NCBI RefSeq assembly: GCF_031769215.1
Contig: NW_026782078.1
Coordinates: forward strand, 496,001-560,000
From: Ylistrum balloti
Taxonomy: Eukaryota
DNA: 64,000 nt
Direction: 5' to 3'
Shown here: positions 1 through 11,900 of the stretch, piece after piece
Position numbering within the stretch: position 1 is the stretch's first letter
Layout: the number at the start of each line of letters is the position of its first letter
Program-made: the position numbers and the translations under genes
Notes under the pieces: model-generated
The model's input: the letters and a program-made list of their open reading frames with translations, nothing else
Database searches by the model: none
What the model was told of the DNA's origin: nothing

Positions 1-461
1 GTGCATATTAATATTGTTCCAATAGTAATTGACTTTGCCGACGGACTAGATATTGAACCCAGGGACGATCACATCTCTGGTTAGGACGACTATGTATTAT
101 TGATAGCGTTAAGCTTCTATGTCCTATAATGCGTATACTTGTACAATGTTGAATATTTATTTTATAATGTCCTGTATGCAATATAGAGATTATGAAAAGG
201 TAAGTACATATTTTAAAAGAAATTAAATGTTATTGAAGATTTTTATTGTTTATGAAATGCATCAATACAATTGTATTTGAAAGAAAGTATATCGACAGGA
301 TGCTATACGTTATTAAGTTGACAAACACAATGGCTGAAATTGTTGAGATTTGAAATTTACGGTAATGGTTTATCCTAAATCGATTATATCTAAATAAACT
401 GCGTGAATAATGAACTTCTAACGAGTTTCACTCAAATATACTAAAATGACAGACAAACTCG

Positions 462-730
462 TAATACAGGGTTTTCAAGAGATGCCGCTTGATGAAAATT
501 AGTTTTACGACCGTCGTAAGTGTCTCGTTGAGAAATATTCTATTTCTTTGTACGATCTGTAGCTTGCCGTGTTGAATACTTCCCAGTTTGTCTGCTTGTT
601 CCGTTATTGTGTACCTTGTTCTCATTACGTGACATTACTTTCATGGATTGACCAAGAATTGACATGGCGTGTGTCGTCGATGAAGCAGAAGACGCTTACT
701 CTTCTAGAACACTTTGTCTTATTCTCATTG
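462..730 (+). mobile_element. Degenerate Penelope-like retroelement 3' remnant in intron 1 of GST-A
   Basis: 462-545 (atacagggttttcaagagatgccgcttgatgaaaatt...gagaaatatt) resembles 47912-47995, the end of the clearer Penelope-like RT remnant in this window. It is followed by a gtgtcgtcgatgaagcagaagacgcttactcttctagaacac motif that I recognise from memory as typical of such mollusc elements. End point approximate. Confidence 0.4.
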
Positions 731-914
731 TCATTTTTGTTAAAAGTTTGCCTAGTTTTATTGTATTTGAGTTTGAATTACGATTATGTTGACTTGTTGG
801 TATATTCTTTTTTCGTTTTTTTAATAGTCGATTCACATGAATTGTTTTCTTTTAGATACTACAATGATGTTACTTTTCATATTCAAATTACAAACCTCGT
901 TTTCAATATTACAG

Positions 915-1261
915 GTGATAACCACAATAAGGATTTTCGGAAGGTCAGCCCGATTGGTCGTCTCCCAGTCATAGAGGATGGGGGCTTCATTCTTACAGAA
1001 TGGTATAACTTTATCAAATTTTTATTGCAACTCTGATACAAACATATATCGTTTTATGATAATAAGATAAAACAAGTTTAAAGGGGAATAACTNNNNNNN
1101 NNNNNNNNNNNNNNNNNNNNNNNNNNNNNNNNNNNNNNNNNNNNNNNNNNNNNNNNNNNNNNNNNNNNNNNNNNNNNNNNNNNNNNNNNNNNNNNNNNNN
1201 NNNNNNNNNNNNNNNNNNNNNNNNNNNNNNNNNNNNNNNNNNNNTGAAAACAGAAACACAT

Positions 1262-1322
<61 letters not shown>

Positions 1323-2762
1323 ATCAATGTTAACATGGTCTTGAAACTAATGAAAACAGAATATCGCAATGTTTTATCAGAATCATCAGTTATCAAATCG
1401 TAAGTATTTTTGCTATCTGATCATCAGTTATCAATGATCGTAAATATGGTCTCCTCTGCAGTGTTGCTATCTGATCATCAGTTATCAATGATCGTAAGTA
1501 TGGTCTCCTCTGCAGTGTTGCTATCTGATCGTCAGTTATCAATGATCGTAAATATGGTCTCCTCAGCAGTGTTGCTATCTGATCATCAGTTATCAATGAT
1601 CGTAAGTATGGTCTCCTCAGCAGTGTTGCTCTATCTGATCGTCAGTTATCAATGATCGTAAGTATGGTCTCCTCTGCAGTGTTGCTATCTGATCATCAGT
1701 TATCAATGATCGTAAGTATGGTCTCCTCTGCAGTGTTGCTATCTGATCATCAGTTATCAATGATCGTAAGTATGGTCTCCTCTGCAGTGTTGCTATCCTT
1801 AAGTACCTGGCTGTGAAATACAATGTGCCTGACCATTGGTATCCACGGACTGACCTCAAGGCCCAGGCCAGAATTGACGAATACATGAACTACCAACATT
1901 TGAACACAAGAACCAACATGGCTATGCTCTTTCAAAATTTAGTAAGTATTGTAAGATTGCATTCCAGCTTCTGATATGATAATGAAACTGAAGTGAAATT
2001 TCATCATTTCTTTCGCCCGTGATGTAATTAAATTAAGTTATGATTTCGGGATTGATTGCTATCGAATTACTTTCTTTATAAAATGAAATTTAGTTTCAAC
2101 TTATTCAAGATGTCCTATAATTACTTACCATCGGTTGTGAAGTAAATGTTGTTTACAGAAGAGATTAAGAGAAATGCCGATTACATTTGTTTATTCACGT
2201 CTTTTCAACAAACAGTTGTTTTTTCGAGAGTTGAATGAAATAAATTAATATAGATATATACACTGAAGTAATGAAAACAAAAGAGATGTTGAGTGATAGA
2301 GGTACATTGTAACCAAATTTCTATAATTACACTGTTTAGAATCAAAGACATAAACTTCCCAAAATTTCTGAAAATATTCCAAATTATGAAACAAAAGACT
2401 GATTTTCGCTGCAGTGGCTCTTGCCAATGATGTTGAACAGACCGATTGATCGGAAAAAAGTGGACCGATACAGTAACAATGTTGGCGTTGTTATTCACCA
2501 AATAGACGAGTATTTCTTGAAAGACAATCGACCATTTATCGCCGGCGACAACATCTCGTTAGCAGATCTGCTAGGGCTTTGTGAAATGATGCAGCTGTAT
2601 GCCTGCTGCCAGGAGAAGTTTATTGAATCCAATCCAAAAGTGAACGCTTGGGCAGAACGTGTCAAACTAAAACTTGCTCCATATTTTGACGAAGCCAATG
2701 TCGAGGTCAACATCACTAGAGATAAATTCATGAAAAGTGCAGCAACACAACCAAAACTGTAG
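915..2762 (+). CDS. GSTT1: Glutathione S-transferase theta class, copy A (5'-partial; exon 1 upstream of window). Exons 915-1002, 1788-1941, 2415-2762
   Basis: AG/GT-bounded exons of 88, 154 and 348 nt splice in frame (phases 1, 2, 0): (G)DNHNKDFRKVSPIGRLPVIEDGGFILTEC-VAILKYLAVKYNVPDHWYPRTDLKAQARIDEYMNYQHLNTRTNMAMLFQNL-WLLPMMLNRP...ISLADLLGLCEMMQL...SAATQPKL*. Theta-class motifs present: LP cis-Pro, LTE(S/C)VAIL, DHWYP, SxADL N-cap. Symbol indicates class, not proven orthology. Confidence 0.93.
1094..1244. other. Assembly gap (151 N) in GST-A intron 2
   Basis: Run of N. Confidence 1.
1263..1319. repeat. (AC)n microsatellite, ~28 units
   Basis: Perfect AC run. Explains the spurious CVCVCV ORFs at 1014-1396. 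Confidence 0.99.
1418..1797 (+). repeat. 54-bp minisatellite, 7 copies, each containing the GST-A exon-3 splice acceptor
   Basis: Unit tgatcatcagttatcaatgatcgtaagtatggtctcctctgcagtgttgctatc starts at 1418, 1472, 1526, 1580, 1636, 1690 and 1744. The last unit runs directly into exon 3. Confidence 0.97.
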
Positions 2763-3944
2763 ATATTTACTAAGGTGATCTAGTCTCTATCATAACCAGA
2801 CAACAAATATCGAATGATAAAATGCTTGCCTTGTAAGGCAAGATTTTTGGAAACTTCAGTATACAGTTATAATACTCAAGAAAGGATTGATATGTTGAAG
2901 AAATGTGTTAAGCCTTATTTAAGAAATTTGAAATCTTTTAATGTTTTTAATTCTGATGCATTACATGACGTGTTTTGATCTTTACTCTATAATTTAGAGT
3001 TTACCGTTTGAGTATTTACCGGTTAACTTAGTGTTACTGTCGATTTATCTGTTTAAGTGTTATATGACGAAGTAAGCTGTGTAGCGTTCAGTGTTTCAAT
3101 GGTACCCAATTAAATTACGTCAGTGTAGGCCTGATTTGATGCTAATTCTTTGATTAATTTAACGTAATATCTTACAAGTCTAAATGTTTCGAAAATTGAT
3201 AATTATTTCACTTCAGTTTTAGCTGATGTTGGGTACTTTAACCAGACCATTTCTTCTGTCTGGCGATTTTTTAATACAAAGAATAAAATATTCATTACTC
3301 CTTATTAGCCTAGTGCCTTATATACTGTTTCCGCTATTTGCGTGGCTTTTAGAATGTCTTACATGTTTGTTAGATAAGCTGATGCATGTGCTTTTTGGTG
3401 TTTATTTTGAAATAACGTAAACATAGAAATGTTGACGTAAGATATACAAAGTGACGAAACAATAAGATAAATATTTTTAATGCATTTAATTCCAATATAT
3501 ATTAAAGCGTTATTTCATTTTTGCACATAACGTATTTAAAACACTTTATCAAAGCAACAGTAAACAATATGTATCTATCTTTAAGGGAATACAATATTGA
3601 GCTTGTCCCCTCCAATTTTAAAGACGTCATAGCATTATATACATAACTTGAATGTTTAATTATATGACAGTTAACTAACTAATGATACATGTAGATAATG
3701 ATTGTGTGCACATGTGTAGCGTTTGTCAGTCCAGACAATTGAACAAGAGTAAATTTTGATTGTTGAAGTTGAAGGCCAGATACAAGTAAAAAGACGAGTG
3801 ATTTGAATAGAAAAAAGAAAGTAAAATTACCTTTAATTTTCTGCTATATGCAAGTGTTCAGATATTTCATTTAATATATTCGGATTTCAGAGAAACAGGC
3901 TTGATGACTGAAATCCTGAAAATCATTAGTATTGAATTAACAAC

Positions 3945-4565
3945 TTCAGTTACATCAACATCTCAGCGTTACTAAGATGGTGAAAAACTTCGTTTTGTAA
4001 CGTTCCGTAAAAATAAAATAATTACACCAAGATATTATACATTTTAACACAATATAAACATGACTTTACAACACTTTGGTAAACGACTTTTTCACAGAAT
4101 ATAAAACGGTATAATGTAATGTAAAAAGTTCAATTACATCAAGATCTCGTCCTTTTTAATACAATATAAAACTTTACTTTGTAGCACTATGGTAAAAGGT
4201 TAAATTGCATAATATTTTACACACATTATAAAACGATGTCTTTAACACTCTGTCAAGTAGAGTTTTAAAATCACGGTCTCAGCAATATTAACATATTATA
4301 AAACTTGTAAAACTATTAAACTGTTTGATTACATATACGTTAAGCAACTTTTTACACACAATATAAAACTGTATGTTAAACTCGGCTTTCTCACGTAATG
4401 TGAGACTATGCTTTAAGACACTTTAGTAAGCAGTTTAATTACATCAAGATCTCTGCACATTTCACACAATATAAAACGATGTTTTGTAACACTGTTAAAC
4501 AGCGTGATTTCACCACAATCTCAGCAATATCAACACAATACAAAATCACTTTGACGACTGTAAAA
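3945..4565. repeat. Degenerate tandem array, period ~65 bp, ~8-9 copies, between the convergent 3' ends of GST-A and OTOP-like 1
   Basis: Recurring motifs aattacatcaagatctc and acacaatataaaac at mostly 63-68 bp spacing. Confidence 0.7.
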
Positions 4566-4859
4566 CCTCCCCATAATTTGACTTTTTGCACGAAAATCGT
4601 GACAATGGGAGCTGGGTCTTGAATATCACATCAACTTAGACAGGTAAATACCAAAGGTTGAGGATGCACGATTGTTTCTAATCCAGAAATTGAAAATGCA
4701 CAATAAAGAAATGTAAATTATCACCTTTGATACAGCTTGGTGGAAAGCTGTTCATTTTGACTTCGTTGTCAAGAAATATCGAGGTAAGTAAGTACATCCG
4801 TACACTGGTGGCATAATGTACACAATGGAAATACCCCAAGCTACTACAATACCTTGTGG

Positions 4860-6413
4860 TTAGGATGTATACCTCCTAAAGGTCGCAAAATATTCCAAAA
4901 ATGAAGTGAATCTATAGAAAACTGAGACTGGAAGTAACACTGTACCTCCTAGCTTTAACACACCCTTTGAAAACTCCCCTTCTGTCAGTATTTGTGTGAT
5001 CGGATACTGGGATAAAAGAAAAGTGTCATTAACCCACAGAACAAAGTTGTTAATCGTTGTAAATATTAGTACAGACTCGAGAAGACTGAGTCTTGAATGA
5101 GGGTCAGACTTCTTACATCGATTAGCGTGCAAAAGAAATACTACCTGAAGATAGTCTTGGAAAATGCTCAGGATGTTAGTGTAGATAAGAGGTTTAGAGT
5201 TGTTATTTTCACCATGTATAACTTTGCAGATATGTATCATGAATAAACCAAAGACTGACGATAAATAAACATATTCCCGACCACGAAGTGAGTTCATTGG
5301 GATGTCAGGACTGCAGTAGTTGACTAAGCAGAAGAATCCGACAAAGTTCGCGATTAACATCAACACTTTCAAAATTAATTCATACCAATCGGCGATGTAA
5401 CGAAGGGTTGAAGTCTTTTCTGAATGCATTGCCATAGCAGCGTAGACCATGACAAATCCGAAGCCGGTTATCAGACTTACAGCTACAGTCATCATTTGAC
5501 TAAAGTTTCGTCTGTTCCCGTAATATAAAGGCTCAGTGGTTAACACATTGGACAGAAGAGGTGATCGCTCAGAACTTTCTGGTGTGTCCATGTCTGATAA
5601 GTTTGTTTCCTTACTTCGACCGCTCGACACAGAGGGTGACCATATTTCAACAATGACCGTGCTGGACAGAAGTATAAACTCTGTGAACATAGGAGTAAGA
5701 ATACTCTTAGAATTATCCATTAGAGTCTTCATTGTGCTGTTTCTTTGTAGACAAGAAGATGCGTTCATTTCAGGATGGATATCAATAAAAGTATCAAATG
5801 TATTCCCTATTATTGAGACAAATAACTGAATACATACATTTGCAGTTAAAAGCAGGAACATCGACCATTTAACCGATGTACAATGTTTCAATCTGAACGT
5901 TGAAAAGTATGTGACGAAAATCGTTTCCACGAGAAACATGATGACTAGTAAAGCATTGAAACAAATGATAGTGTACCAATAAAGTCCTTCAACATAGTGT
6001 AAGGAACATTCTATCAGCTTGCCGAGAAAGAGAGCTGAAAACAGACTCGCTCCAAGGCCGAAAATCCAGAGGAAAAACACCTGAAGTTTTGATGTATTTG
6101 TACTTCTAGCTCTAACAACATATGCGAGGCCACCCTTCTGTACTAAACACATAAATACAATGCAAACTGCTATAGCACCGGCCATGAGTGCCGACAGGGA
6201 AAGCAAAACAACTCCCAGCCGAGTATCTGCGCCTTCGTGTATGGTCTTGGTAGCGCTGAACACTATGATCAGTGCAAAGAAGCAGAGAAATAGAACACGG
6301 AACGAGATGCTACAGTCGTAATACCAGGACCCATTCCGCCGTCTTCGGTAATTTCCACTTGTCAAGGGTAAGATGACAATTGATGACAGCAGTTTCCCAC
6401 ACCAGGAATCCAT
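4860..6413 (-). CDS. OTOP: Otopetrin-like multi-pass membrane protein, copy 1 (intronless CDS, ~517 aa)
   Basis: Long ORF with ~12 hydrophobic segments. Otopetrin-type motifs: FLWIFGLGASLFSALFLG, LLTANVC, LTPMFTEF...EIW, QDYLQVVFL, INNFVLW, LLPVSVFYRFTS. ATG at 6413; splice acceptor (ttccag) at 6426-6427 just upstream indicates a 5'-UTR intron. The ORF-track start (6422) is a TTG. Confidence 0.88.
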   Translation of the reverse strand: MDSWCGKLLSSIVILPLTSGNYRRRRNGSWYYDCSISFRVLFLCFFALIIVFSATKTIHEGADTRLGVVLLSLSALMAGAIAVCIVFMCLVQKGGLAYVVRARSTNTSKLQVFFLWIFGLGASLFSALFLGKLIECSLHYVEGLYWYTIICFNALLVIMFLVETIFVTYFSTFRLKHCTSVKWSMFLLLTANVCIQLFVSIIGNTFDTFIDIHPEMNASSCLQRNSTMKTLMDNSKSILTPMFTEFILLSSTVIVEIWSPSVSSGRSKETNLSDMDTPESSERSPLLSNVLTTEPLYYGNRRNFSQMMTVAVSLITGFGFVMVYAAMAMHSEKTSTLRYIADWYELILKVLMLIANFVGFFCLVNYCSPDIPMNSLRGREYVYLSSVFGLFMIHICKVIHGENNNSKPLIYTNILSIFQDYLQVVFLLHANRCKKSDPHSRLSLLESVLIFTTINNFVLWVNDTFLLSQYPITQILTEGEFSKGVLKLGGTVLLPVSVFYRFTSFLEYFATFRRYTS

Positions 6414-7569
6414 TGTATACAAAACCTGGAATATAGGATAAACATTTTTGATGGATTATTTATCATTTCAGGATTTATTTTTTATATTGCTGTTTTATGG
6501 ACTGATGAAAGAAAGTGAAGTTTGTGCAAATGAAGTGAACCCCGCCAATTTCACAATTTTAAAGATCGCGCCATCCAAATGCACTTTCAGCTGACCCTGC
6601 AAAACAATGGAGTATCGCCTAAGATTGGCGGGAATGGTAGATTAATAACCACAAATACAGAGAGATTCCGCATAGTGGTAAAATTGTCGAGGAAAATGAA
6701 TGGAAATACTTGATTTACAGCATTTAATTGCTCTGGGAAACATGCAATGTAGTAGAAAAATCGTTTATCTTTCCAACGGTACATGATTTGTAATCTATAT
6801 AAAGCATTGCCTGAATGCCGACCCTTGCAAGGGTCTCTAGTGTTAGGGGTTTTTATACAGGGTGGAGTTCTGACTAACACCCTCTTCCTCAGTCGACTCT
6901 TAGGTTGTAAAGATTTTGAATTTGTATGTAAAGGTGCACTTTGCTTATTGGTTTTTTGCCCAATCGTATTAGAACTATTAGCAGAAATGTTGTCCTGAAA
7001 ATTCATTTTCAGATATATTGACAATGTCTTATAATCAGATACTAAGAATGACAAAACATCGGATATATTTCTACGCGTGTTAAAACCTTTTATTTACATC
7101 TTTGCTTACAACGAAACCAAAAAGGAGATTTTCACGCAGAGTATGATTAACCTGATGATATCATCTATGTATTGTGATTTTTTTTATCTTATCGCAAAGA
7201 AACGTTAGATCCAGAATGACAAATTCATAACGTAGCAATACTGAACCATTATAACATTACAAGAACAGCCGGCAAAGGATCCACAACATAAGATAAACTG
7301 TACACATACCAGTATAGTACCACCTGGACCTGTATCATTGGTGTAAGAAAATACATGATAAACAATGTTAAGATATAGATTACTGACAGGCTATGATGAT
7401 AGGCCGCTATAATAAAATTGCCACCGTTGGTAACTTTGATATGTAAACTTCGCCAGTGGTCGGACAAGGTATACTGTACACCTGTGATGGCCCATTTAAG
7501 GAATATCGTAGGTTTTATAACTGAACAAAAAGATCTAACCAAAATTGGGACAAAAAATGTTCAACATGT

Positions 7570-8930
7570 ACTTCAAACAAGTTTCTTTGTCAACAATCGA
7601 TATCTGGTTCAGATGAAGTAGTTTTCTTATCTTGTGTGATTTATGATAAGATAAAAAACATTTCTACTGCACTATGAAGATAAGAGAAGAAAATATGACC
7701 TTCTGCTTTGATTCAGGAAGAAATATTAACTTCCAGGAGGTAAAATACTTTTCTTACTATTTGTAATGTACACATTTCCCCCGTTCGTTCGGAAGTTTCC
7801 TGTTCAGATAAATTCACATAATCGCTTCGTTATTGATCACAAAGACCAGGGTGTGCAAATGATTACAAAGCTGTACAAAATACACACAAGTAATTAGCGC
7901 CGTTAAATACCAGACAATTAAGTTTACTGGTTCGATAGTAATGTCATGTTCCAAATAGAAAATAAAGTTAACAAGAGCGAGGCATACTAACGCACCGTAC
8001 ATGGAAATAGAGGTAACACCGGGAGTGGTTGAGGGGATATGGTATTTCTTTCACTCGAGAGTTACAAAACAAAGTAACGAACGTGAAAGTAATGACATAT
8101 AGTACAATCACGAGTTAGTGCGACCTGTTTCTACCACGATCAAAAACATTCTGTAGTTGAACTCACCTGTTCTATACCCCCGTGTGTTTTGTGTACATCA
8201 TGTGTTGATGTGACCTTTGATGAAATACCGCTACCTGATATGCAAAACTGACAATGCCAAACTGATATGGGGACTCATTACATGTAATAACTAGAAATTG
8301 TACAAAAGACAGAGTTAAATAAAATATAGTTAGATACAGTAGATCTACACAATGAATTGAACTACATCATACAGCTGTCTTTTCATTCTACGGCTCATCA
8401 GTCGTGCTAAAGACCTAAATTTTGGGGTCTGAGAGGCAACTGAGGAAAATCAAAGGAATCAACAGAAACGTCAAAATCTGAAAAGGGAGGTGCAGCAGCC
8501 CCATACTTAAATATAATTAGTAATTTTCCATGAATTATGATTAAGTATATATTACAACTAGCCAATGAAATCACAGGTTTAGTAACTTATCGAAATATAC
8601 CTTATCCTACCAAAAAAAGGAAGTTTCGACAAGGCAACATATGTTTTTTTCGACAATCGTTATCTGGTGCAACGGAACTATGTGCATTTTAGTCTTGTGT
8701 TATTCGTGAACAGATTAGAAACATTCCTACTTTAGTTAGGAGATAGCAGACACAAATACTACCTGTGATGGTTCAGGAAGGCATGTATACTTCTAGTCGG
8801 TAGAAATTACTTTGTTGTGTTAACAGTGTACAAACTTCCTCATTCGGAAGATTCCTCTCTAGCGTCTCAGGAACCGCGTTGTTTAATATGCTTTCACATT
8901 GTACACACTAGGGTGTACGTAAAATAACTA
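7570..8930. repeat. Old diverged direct duplication (~7570-7870 vs ~8630-8930) upstream of OTOP-like 1
   Basis: Collinear blocks: caacaatcgatatctggttc / cgacaatcgttatctggtgc; ttcaggaag...ttccaggaggtaaaatac / ttcaggaag...ttctagtcggtagaaattac; ttcggaagtttcc / ttcggaagattcc. Confidence 0.7.
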
Positions 8931-11900
8931 AATAACTACAAATATACAGTTCTTACTCATTATATAGTAGTGTACAGAAGAGATATATTTCAGCTTTATC
9001 AATGTATGTAGAACTTAAGCTATGTCAGTCTTATTAATACCACATACCTCATTAATTGATGTTTAAAATTCAGCGAGTAGCATGTCTTACGAAAGCAGCA
9101 TTAAACAAAGAGTTTTAATAGGCTTTTACAACAAACATCTTGCTTATCGTTCTTTCCGTGTGCCAATGACAGAAACAGGATGTGGACGATAGATGCTTCC
9201 GCGGAACAAAAGTCAGTTAACTGTTATGATCTCTTACAAGATTTTCCTTCTGGGATACCCAGCTTCTTAGAGGAACCAAACTTTCAGAATGACACAGATC
9301 TATACATTTGAAATAAACCATTTTTCCGTTACAAGAATGGAAGCGGACACGTATATTGTTTGGTATTGGTATTGTTTCAGTTGCTTTCCATGCAGAGAGA
9401 ATGAAGGACCAGAAATTAGCACTGCTTCGGAATCCTGCGTTTCTAATGATTGCCTCTGATTGATGGTGGTGGTTCCCTCTTGTCATTGTTTATTTTTACA
9501 GTTAATGTATTTTTATATACACAAATTTCTTATCTAATAGTTTTTACATCTACCGTCACAAAGATATATTGTATAACATCCGTCGATTTACGTTGTAAAC
9601 TGCCTATATTCAAATCAAGATGATTGGTTGTTATCTTAATACTGTATGCTTTATCTAGCCTTACAAACTATTCATGGTGGATCAGCATTATGAAAACGTT
9701 TTCCACACATCGCTATAGGGTATCGTTATATCATGACACTTATATTGATTATTTCTATCCGGAGACATCACTGAAAACCGGTGTAGACTATCGATAAGAC
9801 AAACAAACGCCACACTAAAAATGCTCAGATATTATACAGCTATATTGTAAATACACCTCTAGTTATAAAGTAATATTTACATAAAGTAAACTTGATAGAT
9901 TGGATATGTCAAGATACCTTAATGTGTTTTCACCTCATCAATGTTAAAAAAATATAAATCCTTCCTGTTAAATATAAACCTGAAATAATAAAATAGCTAT
10001 TCTTTATATGTTCGTTTCACACCTGCACACTTGTATTTGTTTTACTTAGCAACGTCTCATTCTGCAGTCTTCCATTACTAAAACACTTTAAGATCGACAT
10101 ATGGTCATTGATCAAATCAACCAGTTATCCTTTTTTATTCTATTTTGTTTTCTCTGATAAGTATTTTCAATGAGAATAACGTAATGTTTTCCTATAACAT
10201 TGTTTTACCTTTTCGTCTTTTATTTTGAATTTGAATTTGAATTTTATTAACTATTTGCCATTTTGTTACAGAAAACTTGAACGTTACTGTCGTAGAGAAA
10301 TCGCATACTGGAGCGGACATGCCAGAATATGATATAGTGATCCAGAAACTTGTCATGCCTATGAAAATATCAAAATAATTACAATTACCTTAACCACCAT
10401 TTCCGTTTTAAATCTGTCCAACGATCGAATAATTGAAAGAGCTACCAGGAGACCTTGAAATGTACAATGTTTTAAGCTGTAAACATCTTCTGATCAGTGA
10501 TATCCGACATGTTATTCATGTAAATCATGTGAAATTATCAAAATACAAGCCAGGTAAGTAACAACAAAACTATGAGATCATCTACAAAGTATTCAGCATA
10601 ACAAGATTCAAGATAAATCAGTCTGTTACCATCCCAGTTCTCTTGTTGCATGGTTTCCTTTAGATTTCGAAATTTATTGCCGAATTCATGATATCGGGAA
10701 CACATCATTAAAAATTAATCGACTTCACCATGTCAATATCATAGGTTGGGTAGCAGGAATGGAATTGACTAGAAATGGGTAATTTATTTATAAAAAACGA
10801 ACTATGGTTCTGCTGCTTTTATTTGAAAGTAAATATCAGGATAAACAACTGATACAAAAATAAAACTTTCCTTTTTCAATTCTTATTAAGATCGATGATA
10901 TGAAAATTGGAATATACCTACATTATTTACTTACCATCAATACATTTACATTATTTGCTCACCATCAATATGCCTACATTAATTACCTACCATCTATATA
11001 TTTCATTATTTTTCACAATATTTAATTTAATTAATGCTATTGATCAAATTTAAGGTAAATAAATGTAAATATCGCTCTTTTGTTGCCATAACTTATAAGC
11101 TTCTCATGATTATAGGATTTGAAAACTAATGATAAAACTAAAAGATACATGTAGTTAGTTAGCAATTTGTTACTATAAGATAATCACATATAAATTAATA
11201 TAACTGTATCCCTAGTAATATCAAAACTATATAAAACAAATAAATGAATAGATAAGCACAAATATATCATAGAAATATATCGTCAAATTTTTAACATAAC
11301 TTTAATATATAATTTCTAAATACAAATAAACATGCAGACATGTAAAAAAAGCATGTTCTTACCTGTAGAGTGTCTTTTATACAATCTTCAACAATTCCGG
11401 ATTTTAGATGTAAGGTAGTTGAATCACCGACACACAAAACAATTCTGGGGACATGTCGATAACAGGTTAGATTTTATAATCCGATAAACCCGGAAGTAAT
11501 ATGCGAGAGAGGGGCAAACTTTGGGAGGTTCCTGCTATCTAAAAGAATGTGAATTTCAAGATAAAATTGAATTAATGAACAAATTGATTGTTACATGTTC
11601 ATAAGATAAATTACATATGAAAGGGCATAATCCTTCTGTTACAGTTTATCTTGTCAATATGACGTCAATTTCTATAAAATGTTTCTGACTATCATGACAT
11701 TCGACTTTTTATTCTGTTTATTTTCGTATTAATCCAACTCAGTACACAAAAATAACTGCATACATGTATATCTTTTCATTTATTAAGTGAGACATCTTTT
11801 CAAGGATGAACAGATGGTTTAGAATATATGAAAATGTGTTATACTAAAGAACATTTGACGAAAATATAGCCACGACAAAGATAAAATACGAGAAAGAAAA

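Noticed and set aside
148-199. Donor aaaag|gtaagt at 200 as GST-A exon 1
   Set aside because: The phase-1 frame needed for exon 2 has TGA at 193-195, and no frame resembles the YYDLxSQPSRA motif.
569-1036. 155-aa ORF as a standalone gene
   Set aside because: Only 915-1002 is coding (GST-A exon 2); the rest is intron and repeat remnant that happens to lack stops.
1014-1655. ORFs with CVCVCV or 18-aa periodicity
   Set aside because: Translations of the (AC)n microsatellite, the N gap and the 54-bp repeat.
5536-5829. Antisense ORFs at equivalent positions within OTOP copies (also 53260-53634 and 63215-63505)
   Set aside because: Shadow ORFs on the opposite strand of real CDS; no independent coding or splice signal.
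6587-7054. 155-aa minus ORF, and a perfect 16-bp palindrome GACCCTTGCAAGGGTC at 6820-6835
   Set aside because: No recognisable domain; it lies in the presumed 5'-UTR intron of OTOP-like 1; a single palindrome of this size is weak evidence.
9217-9486. 89-aa minus ORF
   Set aside because: No recognisable motif or consistent splice context.
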